Assembly (NCBI GenBank): GCA_963845755.1 | Contig: CAWJTV010000028.1 | Span: 1-64,000 of the forward strand | Direction: 5' to 3' | Length of the DNA stretch: 64,000 bases | Source: an uncultured Planctomycetota bacterium | GTDB taxonomy: Bacteria; Planctomycetota; Planctomycetia; Isosphaerales; Isosphaeraceae | In this document: positions 51,791-61,607 of the stretch, in pieces | How positions within the stretch are numbered: the stretch's first letter is position 1 | How the letters are laid out: every line of letters starts with the position of its first letter | The notes under the pieces: model-generated | Told to the model about the DNA's origin: nothing | The model's input: only the letters and a program-made list of their open reading frames with translations | The model's database searches: none | Translations under genes and position numbers: made by a program

Positions 51791-54700
51791 TCAGACCGTC
51801 GGGCTTTTCCTCGGTCCGATGTGGTATCTCGCCAGGAACTGCGGCGTGACGGCACCCAGCACCAGGTCGTGCGAATCGATCACGATCCTCTCGGCAGCGA
51901 CCGGCGCCTGGCCCTGCGCCTCGGTCAGTCCGCCGGCGGAGCTTCCCTCGATGATCAGGGTGTAAGGGTGATGGATGCTGATTCGATGGATCGGTCGCAA
52001 CGTCACTGTCATCGCGGTGGGATCATACGTGGCTCGCTTGATAGCGATCCGGTTACCGTGTACACCGACCAGCTTGTAATTCTTCGAATTCTGGGCGGTA
52101 AGGGAGTCGAGCGGCCCGGTGAATGTTAGGACCAGGGTCGTGGGCCTCGCATGGTAACCGAAGCGCTGGACCTTTTTGACATGTGGGGGTGCGCCCGTAC
52201 CGGTCCCGGACGCTGGCGTCGTCACGCTCAGTCGAGCGGAGGCGCCGGCCGACACACCATTGGACGATTCGGACTCGGCTGTCGCGGTCAGGATCATCGT
52301 GCCGGGTTGATCCGAGGCGTTCGTCGAAGTCGTGATCGGCACGTTTTGAGAGGCGCCCGGTCCCAGGGTCACTTCGTCATAGGGAAGCCTGGCCATCGGT
52401 GCCGCGGGGCCGGATAGCGCGAGCCAGTACGTATCGGCAGAGTTCCCCGTATTGGTCACGGTCAACACGAGGGGGCTACCCAACGACCCGGAGGATGGGG
52501 TCAAGGAGACGTTGACTCCCTCGGAGACAACCATCAGCGTGCCGTCGGCCGAGCCGCTGATCGTAGCGTCGGACTGGGACGTGGCTATCAGAGTGAAGGG
52601 GATGGCGCCGGGGGCGGTCCCGGCCGGTGTCGTGAGCGTCAACACGATCGACTGGGCATTCGCCGCCCCCGGCGGCACGTCGATCGTGTTCTGGCCGAAT
52701 GTGGCCGTGACGCCCGAAGGAAGTCCAGCGATGCTCAGCGCGTAGGTGTCGTCGATGCCGCCGACGTTGGTCACGGTCACCTGGTATTGCACCGACTCTC
52801 CCTGGCCGGATACGGCTTCCGTCGGCGTGAGGGCGAGCGAAACGCCGCGTGTCTGCAGGCCGACGTGAGGCAGCACGGTCAGCTCGCCCTCGACGGAGTC
52901 CGAAACGCCGCCGGACGTCGAGGCGAGCACTTCGAAACCGGTCGTGATCGCCGCAGAGGTCAACGGGATGGACAGGTCGAGCGGCACCGTGACCGTCTGA
53001 CCAGCCGGCACCGTAACCGAGGGGGCCAGCCCGACCGTGAAGCCGTCGAGCCCCTCCGTGGCGAGGTTGTACGTCACCGCGGTCGCGTACGGGTTTGTGA
53101 GTTGAACCGTATAGGAGGCTTCCGAGCCCAGGTCGGCGGTCTGCGCGTCGGGCGCGAGGCTGATGATGTGCTCGGCGGCGACCGTCACCGGCGGCAGTGC
53201 GATCAGGACGGTTTGCTCCTGGCCACCGGCCGACAGATAAGTGGCGTTGACCGTCGTGCCGTCGCTGATCTGCCGGACCTCGCCCGGAGCCATGCCGGAG
53301 ACGCTGCCGCTGACCCGAAACGACACCGAATCCGTGCTATCGTCGGGCAGCGAGCCCATCCAGTCGATCTCCGAGGAAGAGAAGGAGGTCGCAGTTGGGA
53401 TGACCGACGTGGGATCCACCGTGTAACCCGTCGCGGGGAGATCGTGCACGACGGAGAAGCTGGTCACGGAACCGCCCAGGCCCGCCAGAGGGGCCACGTC
53501 GTCCAGGTGGTAGGCGAAGTCCTGCGCGCTGACGAAGTCGCTGGAATCGCCGATCAGGCCGCTCTGGGAGTAATCGACGAACAGGAGTTTCCCGGTGTTA
53601 TCCGCCACATAGAGATGACCCTGACCGTCGACGGCCCCTTGATCGAGCCGGCTGATCCCCAGGCTGGAGAAGTCGCGCGTCGAGACGATGGTCATGGTCT
53701 TCGGGTCGATCTGGGTCACGTCGCTGAGGCCGACGATGATGATGTCGCCGGTAAAGGGGTCGTACATGATGCCCCGCGCTGCGGGGAGGTCGGAGAAGAC
53801 CCGAGTCGTGGTGAACGTCTGGAGATTGATCGTGCCGAAATTGCCCGGCGTGGTCGGGCTTCCGGTCGTGTAATAGGCGTTACCTGCCGCATCGAATGCG
53901 ACGGCCGTGATCAGGGTGTCATCTCCGGTCAGGGTCTCGACAATCGGCGGAGCGAACGGATTGAGGGGGACTTTCTCCAGCACACCCGGCTGAGACGAGG
54001 TCCACGCGAACTGGCCGCTGGGGTCGAGCGCGAGATGATCGCCTCCAGGACCGTCGGAGAAAGTTTGGGTCTGCCCGGTAATCGGGTTAACTTCGGTGAC
54101 ATCGCCTTCGGCCGTCAACAGGTTGCCGTTGGGCAAGAAGATCAGCCCGTCGGATTCGATGTTCGTCGCAACAGGGACGATCGACCCGAACGTGAGCGAT
54201 GTGCCGTTGTACGTCACGGGCGGCGTAATTGATCGAATTGACGCTGTTGTACTCGGTGAAGTACAAGTCCACCGTGTTCGACGAGGTCGGCTGCCTGACT
54301 GGCCCTGTCGCGGAGATGGTTGTCGTAACGGTAGACGTCCCGGGGGCCACAGTTCTTGGGGATGCCGAGACCGATGCCGAGACCGGAATGCCGACCACCA
54401 AGGTCCCCTGGGCCGGCTTGCCCGGCGACGCCGAGCCGTCGGCCGCGAGCAAGCTCACCTCGAGGCTATAGACCCCCGCGGCCAGATTGGTCGTGTCGAT
54501 CTGTCCCAGGGACACCGTGTTCGACGTGTCGCCCGGCGCAACCTGGAATGGCACGAGGGGCGGGGTCAACACGACGTTTCCCGACGGGTCGAGCACCTGC
54601 AGTTGAGCTTGAAGCTGGCGGGTGGCGTTGGCGGCGTTGAAGACGTCGGCGGTGACCGTCACGGGAGCGCCGGCATCGACTGTTCGACGGGCTGGGAGTG

Positions 54701-55479
54701 ACGCTCAGGACGTCCGCCACGGTGGGCTCGATCGACACGACGGCGGCAGCCGTTCGGGTCACGACCGTCGCCGCCGCCGACACTTCGAGCGTGAAGACCG
54801 TCGACGATTGGAGCGTCTGGCTGAGCGTGACGTCCACCGATGTCGAAGTCCCCGCCGCGAGCGAGACCGTGTCCTGGCCGAGCTGGACGGTCACGCCACT
54901 GGGTAGCGTGCCCATCGAAAGGTTCAGGTTCTCGGGATGGCTGCCGGTATCGGTCAACTGGAGTGTCAACGTCTGACCCTGGCCCGGCTGGAGGTCGACC
55001 TGCGATGGCGAGAGCGTGGCCGTGAACGACTCATCCGCCTCCTGCGTGAGCACTGCGGTGATACTGTCGAACAGGCTCGTGGCGTTCGAGAGCATCCCAT
55101 CCAGGTCGTCGTTGCCGGCCGCGGTGACGATCGGTTGGAGCGGGGTTGCGAACGAGGCGAGCGCGGGGTCGGCCTCCAGCAGCTCGTTCAGGTTGCCGAG
55201 ATCAATCTGCGCCTCCTGGAACAACGCCCCGCTGGCCGCCGATTCGAGGGAGGTTAGGGTGTTGCCGAGATCGGAGAGGACGCCCTGGAGCTGGACGTTT
55301 CCCGCGGCTCCCGCGGCGATCGACGCCTGATCGATCGCCGCCACCTGACCCGATCCCGGGCCGGAAAGCACGACGCGGTCCTCAAGCCGCTCCAGAAAGG
55401 TGCGTCGAAATCGATCGCGAATCCGGCGACGAGGTTCCCGCCGATCGTCGGGACCTCGACGGCTCGTGTGAACGTTCAT
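51791..55479 (-). CDS. large secreted protein: planctomycete export leader, beta-propeller and multiple Ig-like domains (indels ~54690, ~54225)
   Basis: FLERLEDRVVLS. Thr/Ser/Gly-rich beta repeats (VTNVG..DTY.L). C-terminal RFGYH..PTTLVLTF..NY domain. Three consecutive ORFs. Confidence 0.82.
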
Positions 55480-56215
55480 GAGTGGGGTCTCCCGAAGACT
55501 CCCCTGTTCCGTAATCCGATATCGGCATCGTGACCTGAGAAAGTACACCGAACGCCCAGGTCCATCCGGATGCCGAGCGTGCAAGTGATCACGACTGGAG
55601 TCGCACCGGCTCGAAGAACTGAAAAGGATCCGCCCGTTATGTGACTTGTGATCGCGAGGGCAAGCCGGTGTGGGACCCGTCTCCGATGATGCGGTCCACT
55701 CGGATGACGCCGTTTCGCCGGCCGCCCATGTCTTAGGACTTTACTATCTTGCCCCGTCCCTACAGAGAAGACAACAAGAATCTTCAAGAGATGTTCTGAA
55801 GTCCTGAAATGACAAAAGAAGCATGAAATCCTGGCGCCAATCGATATCAACGGACTGGTGGGGACCTACGGGAGTGGCATCGAACGCCGATAGCGACCTG
55901 GATTGGCTCAGAACACAAGGCGGTTGGCTGGAAGGCCCGGGCACACCATGGGGTGGTAGGCACTCTCGACCCGGGCGCCTCGCGAGAGGGGCTGGGGACG
56001 CCGGGGAAACGTCGCTCACCGATCCCTGGGTGTGCCCATCGGTCGAGCCAGGTCTGTCTGCGCGAATGATCCGTTTCGGTTGAGTCTCCAATCGACGAGG
56101 TTTGGCAAAATTGCGAGGAATGTGCGAATTGAATTGGATAGCAAATTTCTGATGAATGGGCATGTTCTGCCAATTAGCGAGAATGTATGGATCATCTGGC
56201 CTGCGCGGGGAACTC

Positions 56216-56357
56216 GGTTCGTTTTCGTGAAATCCTGGATTGCGCCACCGGGGTCCCTGGGTTCGTTTTGCGGAGTTCGACACACGCCGTGCGGGGATTT
56301 GGGTTCGTTTTCGGTCTTGAGATACGGATTCTCTTGGGTTCTTGAGCTGGTTCGTCT
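56216..56357. repeat. periodic GGTTCGTTTT short repeats
   Basis: Exact 10-mer at 56216, 56260 and 56302, with a degenerate copy at 56349. Confidence 0.65.
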
Positions 56358-56932
56358 GGATCTTGCATGTCCGCATGGGCTGTTGCCTTCGTTCATCGAA
56401 TCTCAATCGAGACCAATCATGCATTAGTCTTTCCGGTCAAGCCATCATGCCAGATTGCATCATCGAGTGCAAGTGACTCAAGGCGGCAGCACGAACATTG
56501 TTCCCGACTCGTGACACCGATCTTGGTGAACCACGGAAGGGTCAATCTCCGGGACTCAAGGACGCACCTCTATTGATCAGGATGCCGCAACTTTCAAAAA
56601 ACGAAAACGCATCGCGCGCGAAACGGACGGAACGCTCGACTTAAGTCCTTACAGGACAATGAAATGATTTTTTCTAGAATTTTTTTGCGCTGGTGGATTA
56701 CATCGGATGTGTATTCGGTTGACGACGGCGCTCGTGTGCCGTTAACCTCCAATTCACGGGTCGTTAGGGAGCGGTACCGGTTCACACCCTGGTCGAGGGT
56801 TGTCGCCGAATGGCCCCCTACGACCGCGAGGGGACGGCTCGCTTTGGAACGCGTGTGATGGCGATTGGATGGTGACTGGTGACGATCGAATCGCGACCAC
56901 AGTCTTCCTCACGGGAGCCATCTCGATTCTCG

Positions 56933-57571
56933 TCATGGTGCAAGCCGCTCGATGAGCCAGCCGTTCTCGGAAACCCTCCGGTATCGCAGTCGGTCGTGCA
57001 GCCGGTTGGGGCGGCCCTGCCAGAACTCCACGGAGTCGGGGATCAAGCGATAGCCGCCCCAGTTTGGTGGGCGCGGGATCGTGCCGTCCGGGTATCGATC
57101 CTCCAGCTCGTGGAACTGCGCCTCGAGTGCGTCCCGGCCGGCGATCACCTGGCTCTGGGGCGACGACCACGCCCCGAGCTTCGAGCCGGCTGGCCGGCTC
57201 TCAAAATAACGGTCGGACTCGTCGGCCGAGACCCGCTCGATCCGCCCTTCGACCCGAACCTGCCGCTCCACCTCATGCCAGAAGAAGACCATCGAGCCAA
57301 ACGGATTGGCCTCGATCTCCCGCGCCTTGCGGCTCTCATAGTTCGTGAAGAACGACAATCCTCGCTGATCGAGGCCCCGAAGTAGCACTATGCGGACCGA
57401 GGGCCGGCCCTCGGGCGTGGCCGTCGCGAGGGCCATGGCGTTGACCTCAAGGACTTCGCTCTGCAAGGCCTCATCGAGCCAGATCCCTAGCTGCCGGATC
57501 GGATCAGGATCCATGTCTTCCTCGCGCAAGATCAACAAGGAATGATCCTTGCGTCGTTTTTCAATCGTCAC
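56933..57571 (-). CDS. pdxH: pyridoxine/pyridoxamine 5'-phosphate oxidase
   Basis: AMALATA, PSVRIVLL, FFTNYESRK, RQVRVEG, WGGY, EFWQGRPNRLHDR, ERLAP. Confidence 0.97.
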   Translation of the reverse strand: MTIEKRRKDHSLLILREEDMDPDPIRQLGIWLDEALQSEVLEVNAMALATATPEGRPSVRIVLLRGLDQRGLSFFTNYESRKAREIEANPFGSMVFFWHEVERQVRVEGRIERVSADESDRYFESRPAGSKLGAWSSPQSQVIAGRDALEAQFHELEDRYPDGTIPRPPNWGGYRLIPDSVEFWQGRPNRLHDRLRYRRVSENGWLIERLAP

Positions 57572-57684
57572 CTGGATCGGCCCTCGCTGTTCGGTCCTGG
57601 TCGGCCACGGGGAAGTTGACGGACCCTGTGGCGATTCTGACCAAACTACTACGGACCACGGATCTCGGACAACTCTCAAATTGC

Positions 57685-57724
57685 GTATGAAGTTTTTGAC
57701 GAAACGACATACGGCGGCTACCAT
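57685..57724 (+). promoter_or_regulatory. NikR-type operator overlapping a sigma70 promoter
   Basis: GTATGA-N16-ACATAC (57685-57712) over TTGACG-N17-TACCAT (57696-57724). Confidence 0.75.
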
Positions 57725-57797
57725 GAGGGATCATGGAGAGGAGAGGTTGGACGGCTGGGCAACGTATGTGAACGAAGAGCTAGCCGAGGACCGATCG

Positions 57798-58781
57798 ATG
57801 CACATTCCCGACGGTTTGCTGGATCCTCAGGTGGCGATTGCGGCGGGCGTGGTGGGTGCGGCCGGTTTGCTGGAAGCCGTCCGGAGGCTGGAACGGCAGC
57901 TCGGAGACCGGACGACCGTGCTGATGGGCACGATGTCGGCGTTCGTGTTCGCGGCGCAGATGGTGAATTTCCCCGTCGGACCCCGCGTGTCGGGGCACCT
58001 CATCGGGGGGGTTCTGAGCGCGGTGCTGCTGGGTCCCTGGGCGGGAGCGGTGGTGATCGCCGCTGTGCTGATCGTCCAGTGTTTCCTCTTCAATGATGGC
58101 GGTCTCACGGCACTCGGGGCCAACTTTGTGAACATGGGCCTGATCGGGGCCGTCGGTGGGTACGCGATCTATGCGCCGATCCGCAGGGCGATCGGCGGGC
58201 CGAAAGGCACACTGATCGGGGCCATGGTCGCGGCGTGGTTCTCGGTCCTGCTGGCGTCGGGAGCGTTTGCGGTGGAGATGGCGGTGTCGGGCCATCGCGA
58301 CGATTTCCTCCGAATCTTGACCTGGATGGCTCTGGTTCATGCGGTGATCGGGGTCGGCGAGGCCCTGATCACCGGTCTTGCCGTGCGATTCGTCCTGCTC
58401 CGGCGTCCGGACCTGCTGGAACCGGAGGATCTCGCGGATGAGAAGCCCTCCCGGGCCGCGGGATGGGCGCCGACGATGATCGCCGGGCTGGCCGTCGCGC
58501 TCGCGGTCGCCGTGTTCCTCGGGCCGTTCGCCTGGGACGCTCCGGACGGCCTCGAATTCGTCGGTCAGTCCCTCGGATTCCTGAGGGAATCGCCCCCATC
58601 ACCGCTCCCTTCGCCGATGGCCGACTACACACTGAAGCTGCCGGGCCTGGAGGAGTACGCCCGGCTGGCCACCGCATTGGCGGGACTCGTCGGTACGCTG
58701 GTCGTTTTCGGAGTGAGCTGGGGAATGGCTCGGGTGCTGCCACACACGAAGTGCCAAGGGGTCGCTCCCGATGCCGCTTGA
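57798..58781 (+). CDS. cbiM: ECF Ni/Co transporter S component, fused M-N type (NikMN/CbiM) with PDGLE domain
   Basis: MHIPDG N-terminus, FAAQMVNFP, SGHLIGG, DGGLTALGAN, C-terminal PDGLE...PMADY. Confidence 0.92.
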   Translation: MHIPDGLLDPQVAIAAGVVGAAGLLEAVRRLERQLGDRTTVLMGTMSAFVFAAQMVNFPVGPRVSGHLIGGVLSAVLLGPWAGAVVIAAVLIVQCFLFNDGGLTALGANFVNMGLIGAVGGYAIYAPIRRAIGGPKGTLIGAMVAAWFSVLLASGAFAVEMAVSGHRDDFLRILTWMALVHAVIGVGEALITGLAVRFVLLRRPDLLEPEDLADEKPSRAAGWAPTMIAGLAVALAVAVFLGPFAWDAPDGLEFVGQSLGFLRESPPSPLPSPMADYTLKLPGLEEYARLATALAGLVGTLVVFGVSWGMARVLPHTKCQGVAPDAA

Positions 58782-59423
58782 CCGACTGGGACGTCACCGC
58801 GCCGGCGACGGGCCGATCCACCGGCTCGATGCGCGGGTCAAGCTCATCGCTACGGTCGCCTTCATCATCGTCGTGATTGCCACGCCGATCGGGTCCTGGC
58901 GCGTTTTCGGGGCTGAGGGGTTGGTCCTCGCCTTCGCGATCGGGCTGGCCGGCATCCCGCCTCGCGAGCTGGCGCGGCGGTGGCTGGGCCTGTTCATCCT
59001 GGTCGCCTTCTTGACCGTGATGGTCGCCGCGACGCACCGCACGCAGGCCCCATCCGGCCTGGCCGTCGAGGCTGGCAGCATCCTGATCAAGAACGGCCTG
59101 GCCCTCGCCACCATGCTCGTACTGGCGGGTACGACCCCATTTCCCGCTCTCCTGACCGCCCTGCGCAAACTGGGCTTACCCCTGGTCCTGGTCGCAACCC
59201 TCCAGTTCATGGAACGATACCGGTATGTGCTGCTCGACGAGCTCGACCGGATGGCGACTGCCCGGCGGGCGCGCACCTTAGGCGACGATGGATGCTCTCC
59301 TGGAGCTTGCTCGGCGGATTGATCGGGATGCTTTTCCTCCGTACATTCGAACGCGCCGAAAGGGTCCATGGCGCGATGGTCGCCCGGGGGTGGGACGGGA
59401 CGATCCGGAGCCTCGACGATTGA
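58771..59423 (+). CDS. cbiQ: ECF transporter T component CbiQ/NikQ (indel ~59280)
   Basis: IHRLDARVKL, RYRYVLLDE..RM.TARRAR, then LFLRTFERAERVHGAMVARG in the second frame. Confidence 0.9.
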
Positions 59424-59440
59424 CCCTCTTTTGTTAACTG

Positions 59441-59502
59441 GCTGTTTCAAAACGGGGACTGGCTCCGAGTCTTCGAGGTGCCTGTCCCCCTTTTGAAACA
59501 GC
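59441..59502. mobile_element. 62-bp MITE/REP-like palindromic insert
   Basis: Perfect 12-bp terminal inverted repeat GCTGTTTCAAAA/TTTTGAAACAGC enclosing GGGGACTGGCTCC...GGTGCCTGTCCCC. Confidence 0.6.
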
Positions 59503-59551
59503 TTTTAAGGCGGCAGGCTGAAGTCTGAAGCTGGAACGGAACCATCCTTCG

Positions 59552-60419
59552 ATGAACGCGGACCCATCCCTTGGATCTGAACCGGTCTCGGAGACGCCGA
59601 CGGTTCCCGCCGTACGCGTGAGCGGCCTGGAATATCGCTATCCCGACGGAAAAGAGGCGCTTCGCGGCGATCGAGCTGACCATTGCAACGGGTGAATCGG
59701 TCGCACTGGTCGGGCCCAACGGGGCGGGGAAGAGCACGCTGCTGCTGCACCTGAACGGATTATTGCCCGGAAAAGGCCGGAATCCGATCGGTCACAGTCA
59801 TGCGGTCGGCGGAAATGGGAGAACCCTCCGGTCGCGCCAAGCTCACATCTGGGTGGAAGGGCTCGAGGTGAACGAGCGGAACGCGTTGCAAGTGAGACGG
59901 CGCGTCGGGTTAGTATTCCAGGATCCCGACGATCAGCTCTTCTGTAACAGCGTGGTCGAGGACGTGGCGTTCGGGCCGCTCAACCTGGGGATCCCGCCTG
60001 CCGAGGCCCGTGCCATCGCCCTGGAATGCCTGGCGACGGTCGACCTCCAGGCCGAGGCCGACCGGCCGCCGCACCACCTCAGCTTCGGCGAGCGAAAACG
60101 CGCCTGCCTGGCCGGCGTGCTGGCGTGCCGTCCGTCTGTCCTGGTTCTCGACGAGCCGTCGGCCAACCTCGACCCCCGCGGCCGTCAACGATTCATCGGG
60201 CTGGTTCGGGAGCTCGAGTGCACGAAGTTGATCGCAACCCACGACCTCGAGATGGTCCTTGAACTCTGCCCGCGGACGATCCTCATCGACGCCGGACGGG
60301 TCGCCGCCGACGGACCGAGTCGCGAGATCCTAGGCGACCCCGAGCTAATGGACGCCCATGGACTGGAACAGCCCCTGAGCCTCGGGTTTGGTTCGACATG
60401 GACGTCGCCCCAATCGTAG
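59552..60419 (+). CDS. cbiO: ECF transporter ATPase CbiO/NikO (indel ~59668)
   Basis: YRYPDG.EAL, GPNGAGKST, VFQDPDDQLF, LSFGERKR, LDEP, ATHD. Confidence 0.9.
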
Positions 60420-60474
60420 GATAGGGCACACGCGCGTCGCATCCTTCCACTCGCCGACCGAGGAGCTGCGATCC

Positions 60475-61308
60475 ATGGAGAACCAACCGGCCTCACCCCA
60501 ATATGTGCTGGGTCGCTCGGACTCAGAGAGCCAGCGCCTCATCCGGCAAGCGAATTTCGTGCGACCTTCGACCGAGCGGGTCTTTCGAAAGGCCGGGATC
60601 GGGGCCGGGATGCACGTGTTGGATATCGGCTGCGGCGCCGGCGATGTCAGCTTTCTCGCGGGGGAGTTCGTCGGGCCGTCGGGCCGGGTCGTGGGCATCG
60701 ACCTGAATCCCCGAGTGCTGGAGCTGGCCCGTGAACGCGCGAAGGAATCCGGGTTGACCTGGGTTAGCTTCGAGGAACAGGCCATCGAGACCTTCACCAC
60801 CACGGCGCCGTTCGATGCCGTGGTGGGGCGTTGTGTCCTGTTATATCAGCCCGATCCGGTCGCGACGCTGCGGCATATGGCCAAGCAGTTGAACTCTGGA
60901 GGAATCATCGCGGTCCAGGAGCCCGACATGAGCGTCGAGGTCCGCACCTGGCCGCTCGTCCCACTCTGGGGCCAGGTGTGGGAGTGGATCGGGGAAACCT
61001 TTCGTCGCGGAGGCGTCGCGTACGACATCGGAAGCAAGCTGTACCCGCTGTTTCGCCAGGCGGGATTGCCGGGACCGATGCTGCTTGAGCATCTGTCGGT
61101 CTGCGGCGGAGCGGCCGTCCGGCCGATCTGCGAGCACAGCGCCGAGATGGTCCGCAGTCTCTTGCCGAGGATGGAGGAGTTCGGCATCGTCTCCCGCGAG
61201 GAGGTCCTGGTGGAAACGCTCGCGGATCGGCTCGAACACGACTCCTGCGCGGCCGACAGTCAGATCACGTACATGCCCAACATCGCCGCGTGGACCATCG
61301 TAAGCTAA
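60475..61308 (+). CDS. class I SAM-dependent methyltransferase
   Basis: AGGAG RBS. YVLG, VLDIGCGAGD, VVGID, FDAVVGR. Confidence 0.92.
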   Translation: MENQPASPQYVLGRSDSESQRLIRQANFVRPSTERVFRKAGIGAGMHVLDIGCGAGDVSFLAGEFVGPSGRVVGIDLNPRVLELARERAKESGLTWVSFEEQAIETFTTTAPFDAVVGRCVLLYQPDPVATLRHMAKQLNSGGIIAVQEPDMSVEVRTWPLVPLWGQVWEWIGETFRRGGVAYDIGSKLYPLFRQAGLPGPMLLEHLSVCGGAAVRPICEHSAEMVRSLLPRMEEFGIVSREEVLVETLADRLEHDSCAADSQITYMPNIAAWTIVS

Positions 61309-61607
61309 GCTTGGCAGGCGCGGGCAAGCGTCCGTTCGGCGCGGGTCTCCAAAGTACGGCGACGGGACCCAGCGGCACCACCATCCTCTCGCGGATCGGC
61401 TGACGTCCAATCGTCCGCGATCGACTTGCGCGGCCGACCGCTCGACGCCCGCTCGAAGCGATCGGCCGCGGCGTTTATTCAGGTCCACACGGCTGTCGAG
61501 ACTCCGCTCACCTGAGCCTCTGTTTATCCGGGCTCAACGGGTCGACAAACTTGTGCCCGGTCGGTGGCTCGACGTCATCGCGATCGAACGCTTCCTTCGA
61601 GCCGAGT

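Noticed and set aside
55480..56600. ORFs in the long intergenic region (e.g. 55744..56424)
   Set aside because: No RBS or recognisable motifs, atypical composition, and partly made of the GGTTCGTTTT repeats.
57600..57797. Cobalamin riboswitch upstream of cbiM (GCCACGGGGAAG)
   Set aside because: The other B12-element motifs are missing and the predicted promoter leaves only a ~65-nt leader. A NikR-type box explains the region better.
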